This document shows positions 30,978 through 41,257 of a DNA stretch of 64,000 nt, piece by piece. Numbering within the stretch: position 1 is the first letter of the stretch; each line of letters begins with the position of its first letter. The stretch is from NCBI GenBank assembly GCA_963677495.2, contig CAXXOU010000003.1:192001-256000 (forward strand). The letters are read 5' to 3'. The DNA comes from Candidatus Cloacimonadales bacterium. Lineage in GTDB: Bacteria; Cloacimonadota; Cloacimonadia; Cloacimonadales; JAFGVF01. Both the position numbers and the translations under genes were made by a program. The notes under the pieces were generated by a model, which was not told where the DNA came from, did not search any database, and worked only from the letters and a program-made list of their open reading frames with translations.

Positions 30978-32432
30978 TTGTCAAATAAATCTATCTTTAG
31001 CTCAGTGCGTTGGACAGTTATAAGCTCCATCATTAGGAAGATTTTCTCTTTTTCATTATTTTTTGTTCTAGTCAGGTACCTTTCTAAAGATGATATAGGT
31101 CTATTCAGGGAGTTTAGTCTTATTCTAAGCTTTGGTTCTGTCTTCTTTTTAGGAAGCCTAAATCATTTACTTGTTATTAGTAAAGATAGATTCAGTAGTA
31201 ATCTGAGAGTTGTATTAAAGCTTGTAACTTTTAGTAGTATAATCGGCTCTGCTTTATTGTTTCTACTTGCTCCACACTTGGGTAGATGGTATAATAGTGA
31301 TGTACTGACAACAATTATTCGTTATACAACCGGATTTCTGTTGTTGGAAAACTTCCGAAGATTACTCACAAGCGTGCTACAAAGGGAACTCAAACTAAAG
31401 CAGCTTGCAAACGCACAGACCTTAAACGTCATATTTTACTCAGTTTTAACCTTGATAGTTGTTATGTTCAGACAAAGTGTCTGGGTGCTCATTCTTGGTT
31501 TCTATAGTGGCAATCTTCTAGAGTTGCTATTACTTCTTTGGTATAGTAGAAACTCTCTTATAGCATGTAAGAAAGATGTTTCAATAACTACAAATTCTTT
31601 TCTTACTAAGAATAAGAAATTCTTGAGAATTGCTTGGATTAATGATGTTGTAAATAACTTTTCAGGAAACGTACCAATACTTGTTCTCGGAACAATATTT
31701 CCACTTGCTGGTATGGGAGTTTATTATCTTGCTAATCAAGTAATCATTATACCGATAACTGTAATAACTACTGCTTTATTACAAGTATTTTTTCCTGCTT
31801 TTTCAAGGAAAGAGACTCATACCGTTGCACAACACTTTATCGAATTCAGTGATTTTATAGTACTTGTTGCATTCCCACTGTTAGCGTTATATACGATTAC
31901 TGCTTGCAGTTATGCTCCTATTCTATTTGGTGCAAAATGGGCTGAAACAAGCAACTTCATGTTTCTGTTATCAGCAGCAGCAGCAATGAGTCTTTTAATG
32001 AATCCTGTAAGCGGGATTCCATATTCATTGCAAAAGCCTGGTGTAGAACTTGTCTGGTCAGTCTCTAGTACGGCAATAAAGGTAATAACTGTGTTACTTT
32101 TATCTAGATTTGGGTATCTAATCTCTATAGCAGGATTTGTTATTGCATCAATAGTATCTCAAATCACCTTTATTGCGATTGTACTTCGTCTACTGAACAT
32201 TGATAACAGGCATTATTGGAATAAATTCTTCTTACAACTTATTCCAATGATAGTTATATCCCCAACTTTTATATTACTTTATAGATGGAATAGCTATATT
32301 GCGCCTCTAGTTGCATTTGTAGTTTGTACAATTTACTATATAGTGTTAAATTATTGGATAGATTATGATATAGAATCCGTTATAAAAAGAATCCTAAAAC
32401 CTAATCGAGAAATCCATCAGCAAAGTTCATAA
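30978..32432 (+). CDS. Oligosaccharide flippase (Wzx-like, MOP superfamily)
   Basis: About 12-14 TM helices; LVRYLSKDDIG, GVYYLAN, VFFPAFS and ILFGAKW. Confidence 0.8.
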   Translation: MSNKSIFSSVRWTVISSIIRKIFSFSLFFVLVRYLSKDDIGLFREFSLILSFGSVFFLGSLNHLLVISKDRFSSNLRVVLKLVTFSSIIGSALLFLLAPHLGRWYNSDVLTTIIRYTTGFLLLENFRRLLTSVLQRELKLKQLANAQTLNVIFYSVLTLIVVMFRQSVWVLILGFYSGNLLELLLLLWYSRNSLIACKKDVSITTNSFLTKNKKFLRIAWINDVVNNFSGNVPILVLGTIFPLAGMGVYYLANQVIIIPITVITTALLQVFFPAFSRKETHTVAQHFIEFSDFIVLVAFPLLALYTITACSYAPILFGAKWAETSNFMFLLSAAAAMSLLMNPVSGIPYSLQKPGVELVWSVSSTAIKVITVLLLSRFGYLISIAGFVIASIVSQITFIAIVLRLLNIDNRHYWNKFFLQLIPMIVISPTFILLYRWNSYIAPLVAFVVCTIYYIVLNYWIDYDIESVIKRILKPNREIHQQSS

Positions 32433-32751
32433 ATCGAGCAATTTCAGCTTCAAGTTCAGTAAAAATAGGCAAGAAATCATCTTTCCTAGACTCTTTTGCA
32501 GCCATCTCTAAGCGTTTTGCAACATCTGAGGTTGCATCTAAGGATAAATTTGCTCCAGTACCCTTAATTGTGTGAGCAATAATTCTAACAGTATCGACAT
32601 CATTAGAGACAATAGCCTTCTTCAAATTGTCGATATCAGATGGGATTTCATCATAAAAGTCATGTAACAATTCCTTGATAAATTCTAAGTCCCCAATTCG
32701 CTCCATAGCTGTAGTTTCATTGAATACCATTGCACTCATATGTCTCTCCAT
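32401..32751 (-). CDS. Stand-alone Hpt phosphotransfer protein
   Basis: IAHTIKGTGANL motif; small helical acidic protein. Confidence 0.9.
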   Translation of the reverse strand: MERHMSAMVFNETTAMERIGDLEFIKELLHDFYDEIPSDIDNLKKAIVSNDVDTVRIIAHTIKGTGANLSLDATSDVAKRLEMAAKESRKDDFLPIFTELEAEIARFMNFADGFLD

Positions 32752-32954
32752 AGTATTGATTTTGGCATATAATAGATAATCACATTCATTTGTAAAGAAT
32801 TTTCTCTATTAACTAACCCTAAAATGGTAATTATTTAAGTAAACAGCAACAATAACTGAAACAAGTTCAATCATCTTTATCAATATTACTTAATCTGTTT
32901 ATTTTATTGACACAATGCGAACTATTATTAATATAAATTCAAGAGGTATCATTA

Positions 32955-34625
32955 ATGAGTAAGAAGTTTTCACAAGTCAAATCTATTTTGCGAAAGAGCT
33001 CAAGTCCTGAGAGCAAGCTAGAAGAAATGATAAATCTTCTATTTTCTGAAGTAAGCAAAGAGGAAAGAGATCAACTTGTTTTACTTTCAAAAAGTAGTTT
33101 GCTACAAAGTAGCCCAACATCAAGTTTCCTTGAACGTATGAGCCATGAAATAAGGACTCCTCTACACAGTATACTTGGTTTCTTAGAGCTACTAAGAGAA
33201 GCATTAATTGATACTGCAAAACGAGAATATGTCAATGAAGCATATAAATCTGCTGAAGTATTGCATTCGACCATTGATGATATTCTATTCTATTCAAGAA
33301 TTGAGAGTGGTCAAATTATCATTAGGGAAACTGATTTTAACCTTTCAACTTTAGTAGATGACCTTATTGACGAATTCTTGCCAATAACTGTTCAAAACAA
33401 ACTTGAAATAGTCTCCTATATGCCTGCTAGTTTATACCGCAATTTTTATGCCGATTATGAGAAGATAAGAAAGATTCTTTTTAATCTTATCGAAAACTGT
33501 ATTGAATACTCTAACACAGGCTATATCTCTCTTGAGTTTGGTCTGTTAAGCGAGACCTCAGATGCAGTAGACCTGGAAATAGATGTTATTAGCACTGGTT
33601 TAGAATATGATAATAAAAGTCTGAGCAGTCTGTTTGAATCATTTACATACTTAGGGAACTCTGCTAACGGTTCCTCGTCCTCAGGATTGAGCCTGGTTAT
33701 AAGTAAGAAACTTACTGAAATCCTTCAGGGTACTTTAATGATACAAAAGAATGAGGAAAAGGGCTTTAGATTCAAACTTAATCTAAAGGTTAACAAAAGC
33801 CGAATCGAATCTGAAATTCTTGTAAACCCTAAGCTCAATGGATATGAGACCTTGATTTTATCGTATAGTTTTGCACAAAGAATGAGATTAAACAGATATT
33901 ACAAAGATATGCATTCTAAGGTTGAAACCTTCTCAAATGAAGTAGACTTGCTATCATATCTTAAAGAAGCAAAAGCTGATAAGAGTAAATATATAATAAT
34001 TTCTGATATTATATCGTTCCATTCTCCCAATATTGGTATCTCTCAAAACTGTATAGAATATATTCAGAAACATAATTTAATGACCATTTTTCTTAGACCT
34101 TTAGGTATTTCGTTCCCTTCTAACTATCCCATCGCAGATGCTATATATCTGCACCAACCATTAAAACTTACCGAGATTATCTCTTCAACCCACAAGCTTC
34201 TTAATAATAGTTATAGCATTCGTAGTACGGAAGATGCAATTACTTTTGTACCTGAAGAAGTTAAGATTCTTATTTGTGAAGACAATGCCATAAATCATAA
34301 GTTACTTGAGAACTATTTAAAAGGCACATACCAGAATGTTGATTTTGCTAGAAACGGAAGAGAAGGTATTCTTAAAGCAGAGAAGAACAAGTATGATATT
34401 ATTCTAATGGACTGTGAAATGCCAATAATGGATGGTTATGAGGCAACGAGACATATAAGAAATTCTTATGGGCTTAATGCAGGAGTCCCTATAATAGCTC
34501 TCACAGCTCATGTGACAAAAGAAGACAGAGAAAAGTGCTTCGCATGTGGTATGATTGAGTTTATTTCAAAACCTTTCCGTAAGGAAGGAGTTCTTAAAAC
34601 TATTCAAAAATATCTGTCCTATTAG
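32955..34625 (+). CDS. Sensor-less hybrid histidine kinase/receiver with degenerate ATPase domain
   Basis: H-box MSHEIRTPL; eroded G boxes; intact C-terminal REC (ICEDN, ILMDCEMP, ALTAH, SKP). Confidence 0.85.
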   Translation: MSKKFSQVKSILRKSSSPESKLEEMINLLFSEVSKEERDQLVLLSKSSLLQSSPTSSFLERMSHEIRTPLHSILGFLELLREALIDTAKREYVNEAYKSAEVLHSTIDDILFYSRIESGQIIIRETDFNLSTLVDDLIDEFLPITVQNKLEIVSYMPASLYRNFYADYEKIRKILFNLIENCIEYSNTGYISLEFGLLSETSDAVDLEIDVISTGLEYDNKSLSSLFESFTYLGNSANGSSSSGLSLVISKKLTEILQGTLMIQKNEEKGFRFKLNLKVNKSRIESEILVNPKLNGYETLILSYSFAQRMRLNRYYKDMHSKVETFSNEVDLLSYLKEAKADKSKYIIISDIISFHSPNIGISQNCIEYIQKHNLMTIFLRPLGISFPSNYPIADAIYLHQPLKLTEIISSTHKLLNNSYSIRSTEDAITFVPEEVKILICEDNAINHKLLENYLKGTYQNVDFARNGREGILKAEKNKYDIILMDCEMPIMDGYEATRHIRNSYGLNAGVPIIALTAHVTKEDREKCFACGMIEFISKPFRKEGVLKTIQKYLSY

Positions 34626-34697
34626 TACTTTTAATTGACAGAAGACACTAGATGCATTGAAAATGTAGTTGTAGTTTAATTAACAGGGGAAAGAAAG

Positions 34698-35837
34698 ATG
34701 GAAATGAACGGATATGATTTGACTTTGAGAACGGATTACAATGAAATAAAGACATATTATGATATAATTAGTAATAATCAAGAAATTATCAATATTATTG
34801 ATTCTATACCCCTCTGGGTTTTACTACTCAATGAACACAGACAAGCAGTTTATTTCAACCAAAAGCTTTTTCATGATGTAAAAGCAGCTTCTATTGAAGA
34901 TATTATCGGGAAAAGACCAGGTGAAATCCTAAATTGTCAGTATTCAGAGCTAAATGAAGCTGGATGTGGAAACTCAGTTTTTTGCCAGTATTGTGGTGCT
35001 GTTACAGCTATCGTTAACTCATATGAAGGAAACACTCAGATTGAAGAATGTAGAATTATTCGTAACATAAACGGATTAAAGCATGCCTTAGATCTTGAAG
35101 TTACTGTTTCTTCACTTAATCTGGAGAATAAAGATTATACCCTATTTGTTATACAGGATATTAGTGATAAAAACAGAAGACAGTATTTAGAACGCATATT
35201 TCTTCACGACTTGGTGAACACAGCTTTTGCTATCAAAAGTAGTGCTGATTTAATGCTTACTGAAGATGACCCGGAACTAAAGGATGATTTGCTTAGAATA
35301 ATGTTGCCTGCTGCTAATCAACTTCTTGAGGAAATTTCAGCTCAAAGACAGATAATGAAGGCGGAGCTAAATGAATGGGAACCTGACAAGAAAGAATACT
35401 TCAGTACAATTCTAATGAAAGATTGTATCGATATTGCTCAAAACTACATACCTGATAATAGATTTGAGTTAATTGTTTCTGCAGACTCAGAGAGCTGTAA
35501 ACTATTTACTGAGGTTACATTATTAAAACGTGTGCTTATCAATATGTTAAAGAATGCTATTGAAGCTACTCAGGATAATTCACCAATAACAATTGGAGCA
35601 AAATGTCTTAACAATGAGTTTGTTCAATTTTCTGTTAACAATAATGTTTATTTGTCAGATGAAATTCGTTATCAACTTTTCCAGAGATCTTATTCAACAA
35701 AAGGTAAAGGAAGGGGTATAGGAACATATAGTATGAAGCTTTTGTCAGAACATTATTTAGGTGGTAAAGTCTCTGTTACTTCCACTAAGGAAGAAGGCAC
35801 TACATTCTATGTTACCATCCCTAAGAAATTGGATTAA
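34698..35837 (+). CDS. Cytoplasmic histidine kinase with Cys-rich PAS-like domain
   Basis: GKRPGEILNC-x9-C-x5-C-x2-C; FLHDLVN; NMLKNAIEA; STKGKGRGIGTY. Confidence 0.88.
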   Translation: MEMNGYDLTLRTDYNEIKTYYDIISNNQEIINIIDSIPLWVLLLNEHRQAVYFNQKLFHDVKAASIEDIIGKRPGEILNCQYSELNEAGCGNSVFCQYCGAVTAIVNSYEGNTQIEECRIIRNINGLKHALDLEVTVSSLNLENKDYTLFVIQDISDKNRRQYLERIFLHDLVNTAFAIKSSADLMLTEDDPELKDDLLRIMLPAANQLLEEISAQRQIMKAELNEWEPDKKEYFSTILMKDCIDIAQNYIPDNRFELIVSADSESCKLFTEVTLLKRVLINMLKNAIEATQDNSPITIGAKCLNNEFVQFSVNNNVYLSDEIRYQLFQRSYSTKGKGRGIGTYSMKLLSEHYLGGKVSVTSTKEEGTTFYVTIPKKLD

Positions 35838-36723
35838 TTACTTTTATTGGATGGTAATGTATATTAACTTTTCTCAAAGTATTTTTAAAATTCTCAAATA
35901 GCTTGTCTTCGAAGTTATCAGATATTTCATGCCCATGTTTGACACTTATAGAACCATCAACTTCAATGGTCAGGTTCAATATGAAATGAGTCCCGAATCT
36001 ATGCACACCAATATCAGTTACACCATATATTCCATCAATTGAGTTGGCAATATCAATAACTTCAGATTTAAAAACATCAGAAGGGATTGTATCAATTAAA
36101 TCATGAGTCGCGTCTGTGATTATTTCTATCCCTGTTCGAAGGATGAATATAGCCACTAACGCACCGGCAACTGGGTCGACCCAAGCATATTCCTGTCTGG
36201 CAAAATAGATACCAATCACTACTGCAGTTGTAGCAAACAGATCATTCAAATGGTCTGATTTCAAAGCTTTAATAGCTGGGTTTCCCGTTGTTTTAAAAAC
36301 TTTATTCGTAAATATGTATAATACTATCTTCAGAATCACAGTGAATAATGCTATGTAAATAGCCCATGATGAAATAGGTTCAAACCTAGTATGATTTAAT
36401 ACTGCTATAAATCTATCTATTGATTGCCAGGCTATTGCTAGTGCTGTTGTCACAATGAAAGCACCTATAACAATTGTAGCTATATTCTCAAACTGTTTGT
36501 GTCCGTAAGGATGCTCTTTATCAGCCGGTTTATTTGCTGCTACCAATAGTATTTTCACTGAAAGGTAATAGACTATATCTGCACCTGAATTGATACCATC
36601 AGCTATCAAAGAGTAACTATGCCCTAATATGCCACCTACCATCTTCAAAACAGTGAGGAGTATATTACTGAATAGTCCTAAATTTACTGCTAGATTGTTC
36701 TTTCTGTTTAAATGTTCCTGCAT
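35821..36723 (-). CDS. Cation diffusion facilitator (FieF-like)
   Basis: LIADGINS..D, KPADKEHPYGH, DHLND and VNIHYHP. Confidence 0.92.
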   Translation of the reverse strand: MQEHLNRKNNLAVNLGLFSNILLTVLKMVGGILGHSYSLIADGINSGADIVYYLSVKILLVAANKPADKEHPYGHKQFENIATIVIGAFIVTTALAIAWQSIDRFIAVLNHTRFEPISSWAIYIALFTVILKIVLYIFTNKVFKTTGNPAIKALKSDHLNDLFATTAVVIGIYFARQEYAWVDPVAGALVAIFILRTGIEIITDATHDLIDTIPSDVFKSEVIDIANSIDGIYGVTDIGVHRFGTHFILNLTIEVDGSISVKHGHEISDNFEDKLFENFKNTLRKVNIHYHPIKVINPIS

Positions 36724-36735
36724 ATAACCTGATAC

Positions 36736-37383
36736 CTATTTATTAAATAGATTATCAAGCTCCTCAATAGTGTCAACCATTATCTCAGGATGAAAACGTT
36801 CAAGAATCGCTTTTGTATTGTATCCCCAAGAAACTGCGATCATTGGAATCCCAAGTTTTCTTGCAGAAACTATGTCCCTTACCTCATCTCCTACGTAGAT
36901 AGAATTTGCTTTTGTGGCCCCTAAACGTTTGATGAATTGCTTAAGCTTTTTATGTTTATTGAAAACTCCACTACCACCATGAATATCAGTAAACAATTCT
37001 AAATTGTGATTCTTTAGAAATCGTTTTACATTCTCCTCAGAGTTACTCGTTAATATTGATAAACTATATCCCTGTTCTTTCAGCTCTCGTAAAAACTCAG
37101 GCATCCCCGGGAAAGGATGAACTGCATCAATCTCTCCCTTGATCAACATACGTATCTCTTTTATCAATATTGGGATTCTATAAAAAGGAATCTTCAATCT
37201 TTTCTTTAGAGCAAAAACACCTTCATTTCTAAACTGCTCGATATCTTCATCTGTGACAAACGGTAGTTTATATTTATGATGAATAGTGTTGAACAAATCT
37301 ATACCTGATCTCAGAGAATCAGCTATTGTTCCATCAAAATCAAATATTATGTTTTTCTTCTCTTTTAGGTTAATCTTTTTCAT
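36736..37383 (-). CDS. HAD-family phosphatase (phosphoglycolate phosphatase-like; likely start 37383)
   Basis: FDFDGT, ILTSN, YVGDEVRD and VSWGY. Confidence 0.9.
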   Translation of the reverse strand: MKKINLKEKKNIIFDFDGTIADSLRSGIDLFNTIHHKYKLPFVTDEDIEQFRNEGVFALKKRLKIPFYRIPILIKEIRMLIKGEIDAVHPFPGMPEFLRELKEQGYSLSILTSNSEENVKRFLKNHNLELFTDIHGGSGVFNKHKKLKQFIKRLGATKANSIYVGDEVRDIVSARKLGIPMIAVSWGYNTKAILERFHPEIMVDTIEELDNLFNK

Positions 37384-37487
37384 TAATCCTTGCTCTTTTA
37401 TGCTTGTTAAGCCCCTTATTTTCAAAATTACTTTGACAATCAAATCGACATTGATTCATTTAAACAAAAGGTTTTAGGAAGGCGATT

Positions 37488-38108
37488 ATGTCAACATATT
37501 ACACAATATCGAATCCTGTTCAGTTTGAGCATAAGATAAACAGATCCCGTTTTATCGCATCTTTTAAATGTGTTAAATCAATCGAAGATGCAAAAAACTT
37601 CATCTCTGAAATTAGTCATGAGCACCAGTTAGCTAATCACAATTGCTGGGCTTATATTGTTGGATACAAAGGAGAAACATCCCATAGTTCAGATAATGGT
37701 GAACCTTCCGGTACTGCCGGCGTTCCAATGCTTAATGCTCTTAGAAAACATAATCTAACCAATATTGTTGTTGTTGTTACCAGGTATTTCGGTGGTGTTA
37801 AGCTTGGAATTCGAGGTCTGATTGAAGCATATAATTCTACCGTAGATTTAGGTGTTAATGCTAATAAAACCACTGCAATCGTACCTCATTCATATTATAA
37901 GCTAACTGTTCCCTATGATTTTTATGATACGCTAAAACATAGATTCAATGAGTTCAACCCGGTCTACGATAAACTGGAGTACTCTCAGAAGATTGACTTT
38001 GAAATGATAATAGAATCAAAAGCTAAGAAGGTAGTAGACACCTATCTTGATGAGTGGAACCGCTCTGGGAAAATCAGCTCGGAACATCTAAAAGATACAG
38101 AAGACTAG
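37488..38108 (+). CDS. YigZ/IMPACT family protein
   Basis: SRFIA, ANHNCWAY, DNGEPSGTAGVP and VTRYFGGVKLG. Confidence 0.93.
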   Translation: MSTYYTISNPVQFEHKINRSRFIASFKCVKSIEDAKNFISEISHEHQLANHNCWAYIVGYKGETSHSSDNGEPSGTAGVPMLNALRKHNLTNIVVVVTRYFGGVKLGIRGLIEAYNSTVDLGVNANKTTAIVPHSYYKLTVPYDFYDTLKHRFNEFNPVYDKLEYSQKIDFEMIIESKAKKVVDTYLDEWNRSGKISSEHLKDTED

Positions 38109-38280
38109 CCACATTTCTATATATATCTACACAAATTTCTCTCTGATATTTGCGCCTGTTCTAATGATTTAGGGCTTTTCTTCATGTTTCATCCAATTTT
38201 TCTACACTAATCACAATATAAAGTAGCATTGTATTCGCACTCTCACTCTTCTGCATTAAAAAGCTGGTTTAACCCAGTAT

Positions 38281-38410
38281 TAAGTTATACACATCATGTG
38301 GATAACTTTTAGGGTTCATAGGGAGGGTCTAGGGAGGCTAAAGGGAGGGACAAGCGAGATTCCAGGTTTTTGATGCAGGACATACCAGACTTGTAAAGGA
38401 CTTGTAAAGG
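38281..38410 (+). repeat. Dispersed repeat family A, copy 3
   Basis: AAGTTATACACA-TCA-TGTGGATAACTT..CATAGGGAGGGTCTAGGGAGGCTAAAGGGAGGGACAAGCGAGATTC; ends in GACTTGTAAAG x2. Confidence 0.9.
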
Positions 38411-38523
38411 AGGAGAAGGAGTATATTGGGAGTAAATTAGGTAACTAAAAGTACAATTTAGTGATTATTTTTCTAAAGAGTGAAACTGAGACTGCCTTAC
38501 TCTAAGTGTTATAAAGTTATTCA

Positions 38524-40629
38524 TTAATCAGTAATAATTGTGACTGGATTAGACAAAGGATGGCTTTTTAAAAGTTCAATACTCCTACTGTCTGGTTGAG
38601 AGCCACCAACAAAGATAAAATATTCTCCTGATACAAGTAGCTCCATACCTTTGTTGTCAAAACTACTTAGTTTTGAAGTAGGAATACGAAAATCCACTAA
38701 AGTAGTCTTGTTGGGGGACACATAGATTTTTTTAAAATCAATTAGTTTGAAATTGGGTGTTATGTATTTTGACTCATTGTTCTTCACATATACTTGAACT
38801 ACTTCTTGTTCCTCATTAAAAGAATCAGAAGAAACTTCTACAGACAACTGAATATTGTCTTTTTCTGTAAGTATAGCATTCTCTATCTTAAGATTTGAAT
38901 ATGTGAAATTGTGATATGAGAGTCCAAAACCAAATGAATAGAGTGGTTTTGACTCTATATACCTATATGTCCTGTTCTTCATAGAATAGTCGTCAAATGG
39001 GGGCAAATCATTCACGGAATTGACAAATGTGACCGGTAGTCTTCCGGAGGGAGAATAATCACCGAACAGAATCTCTGCAATTGCTCTACCACCCTCCGGT
39101 CCGGGATACCAGCATTGCATTATAGCATCGACATTCTCATCTGCCCACTTCACTGCTAGTGCACTACCACTTATAAGGTTTAGAATTACAGGTTTACCAA
39201 CTTTCACTACAGCTTCCAATAGTTGCTGTTGAAGACCAGGTAACTGTAAATCAATCTTATCCCCACCTGCATCTGAATTGTAGGCATCTCCAGCTTCACC
39301 TTCTATTTCGGCATCTAACCCGAGAAACATAACGACAACATCTGATTCTTGTGCAGCTATTATTGCTTCGGAAAAGTAAGTATCTTCTACGTCAAATTCA
39401 GGTTTATTGAAAAGATGGCACCCTTCTGCATAGTGTACATTCGTATTATCACTGACTACATTAATAATCCCCTGCAGTGGTGTTTCCCATCTATCAGGAG
39501 TTCCATGATAGTTTCCTATAAGAGCTTTTCGACTGTCTGCATTTGGTCCTATAACAGCGATTGATTTGATATCCTTTGAAAGAGGGAGCAAACTATCTTT
39601 GTTCTTAAGCAAGACGATTGACTCTCTGGCTGTTTGAATTGATAATTCATGGTGCTTTTCACAACTTACAACATCATATGGGATGTCGTCATACTCTGTG
39701 CTGTTCTTATCTAATATACCTAGTCTGTATCTTGCTTCAAGAAGACGCGCTACAGATTTATCAATGTTTTCCTCTTTTACTAAACCATGATGTACTGCCA
39801 TCAATAGACCTTGGTATGTATTCCCACAGTTCAGGTCACATCCATTGATTACTGCTAATGCTGCAGATTCTTCTTCTGAGTTTGTTATCTTATGAAACTG
39901 ATGGAAGTCACTAATCGCTCCACAGTCAGAAACTACATATCCTTCAAATCCCCAACACTTTCTAAGAATCTCTTCGAGAAGGAAGTTAGAGCCACATGCC
40001 GGCTCTCCATCTACTCTATTATATGCTCCCATCACAGAATAGGCTTTAGCATCTACAATGCACCTTTTAAAAGCCGGTAAATATGTTTCCCAAAGATCTT
40101 TGGGGTTAACATTAACATTGAAAGAGTGTCTATCTGCTTCTGGACCTGAGTGAACAGCAAAATGCTTGGGAGTAGCAATTGTCTTGAGATAATTGGGATT
40201 GTTTCCTTGTAATCCGGTCACGAAAGCATATCCCATTTCTCCGGTCAGATAAGGATCTTCTCCATAGGTCTCATGACCTCTACCCCACCTTGGATCTCTG
40301 AAGATATTGATATTGGGAGACCAAAAGGTTAGTCCTCTGTAAATTCCACTGTCCCCAATCTGTGAAAACTTGTTATATTTAGCCCTAGCTTCATCAGAGA
40401 TAGCTGTAGCAACTTTATACATAAGCTCTGAGTTGAAGGTTGCAGCCATTCCAATAGCTTGTGGGAAAACAGTTGCAGTGCCGGCACGTGCTACACCATG
40501 CAAGCATTCATTCCACCAGTTATATACAGGTATACCCAATCGCTCAATCGCAGGAGCTGCATGCAACATCTGAGAGATCTTTTCTTCAAGAGTCATTTGA
40601 GAGACAAGATTCTTGATTGCTTTATTCAT
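38524..40629 (-). CDS. GH3 glycoside hydrolase (beta-xylosidase/beta-glucosidase), no signal peptide
   Basis: WWNECLHG, RDPRWGRGHETYGEDP, KHF, VVSDCGA and a C-terminal FN3-like domain. Confidence 0.93.
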   Translation of the reverse strand: MNKAIKNLVSQMTLEEKISQMLHAAPAIERLGIPVYNWWNECLHGVARAGTATVFPQAIGMAATFNSELMYKVATAISDEARAKYNKFSQIGDSGIYRGLTFWSPNINIFRDPRWGRGHETYGEDPYLTGEMGYAFVTGLQGNNPNYLKTIATPKHFAVHSGPEADRHSFNVNVNPKDLWETYLPAFKRCIVDAKAYSVMGAYNRVDGEPACGSNFLLEEILRKCWGFEGYVVSDCGAISDFHQFHKITNSEEESAALAVINGCDLNCGNTYQGLLMAVHHGLVKEENIDKSVARLLEARYRLGILDKNSTEYDDIPYDVVSCEKHHELSIQTARESIVLLKNKDSLLPLSKDIKSIAVIGPNADSRKALIGNYHGTPDRWETPLQGIINVVSDNTNVHYAEGCHLFNKPEFDVEDTYFSEAIIAAQESDVVVMFLGLDAEIEGEAGDAYNSDAGGDKIDLQLPGLQQQLLEAVVKVGKPVILNLISGSALAVKWADENVDAIMQCWYPGPEGGRAIAEILFGDYSPSGRLPVTFVNSVNDLPPFDDYSMKNRTYRYIESKPLYSFGFGLSYHNFTYSNLKIENAILTEKDNIQLSVEVSSDSFNEEQEVVQVYVKNNESKYITPNFKLIDFKKIYVSPNKTTLVDFRIPTSKLSSFDNKGMELLVSGEYFIFVGGSQPDSRSIELLKSHPLSNPVTIITD

Positions 40630-40631
40630 AA

Positions 40632-41246
40632 CTACATACTCATCATCAAGAAGCCTGAGAATCCGGCATTACTATCGGATAAAGATGCATCAACATGAGT
40701 CTTCATCTCATTTATATAGTCACGATAACGAGTGTAGAACTCATAAGTAGGAGTTGGTTTATATTTAATATCCTCTATCTCCATGAGCTTAAGAATACCT
40801 TTCACTGTAGTTGGCTTAATAAAAACGTCATACTGGGGATTGTAATAGGTAGGGATAACAGTTATAAGGGTCCATTTAGCTAGTTTATAATCTTTTAAAA
40901 TATCAACCAGTAGGTTAAATCCAATCTTTTCATTCCCATGTAGAAGCTCTTTCAGAGCAATTGATAACTCCATCTTTTGCCCCGGATCAAACATGTTAAC
41001 AGCATCCCTAAACTTTGGCTTCTCGAAGAGTGATACTAAAGAAGAACGACTCACAATCTTGATCATATTATCCACTATCACTGCCGGATTATCGAACTTA
41101 TCAAGTGCAAAGTTCTCGTGACAGAACTTAACTCTTAAGTCTAGCTTGTGCTTCTTTACTATCTCCACCATCTCAGGATGATTAAATCCACTCGGATACT
41201 TCTCTAAAAACTTCTTCTCCGCTTCTTTTAGTTTTGCAATGTTCAT
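40632..41246 (-). CDS. Hypothetical protein
   Basis: 204-aa ORF with AGGAG RBS, tightly packed between the RhuM and GH3 genes. Confidence 0.75.
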   Translation of the reverse strand: MNIAKLKEAEKKFLEKYPSGFNHPEMVEIVKKHKLDLRVKFCHENFALDKFDNPAVIVDNMIKIVSRSSLVSLFEKPKFRDAVNMFDPGQKMELSIALKELLHGNEKIGFNLLVDILKDYKLAKWTLITVIPTYYNPQYDVFIKPTTVKGILKLMEIEDIKYKPTPTYEFYTRYRDYINEMKTHVDASLSDSNAGFSGFLMMSM

Positions 41247-41257
41247 AGGTTCTCCTA

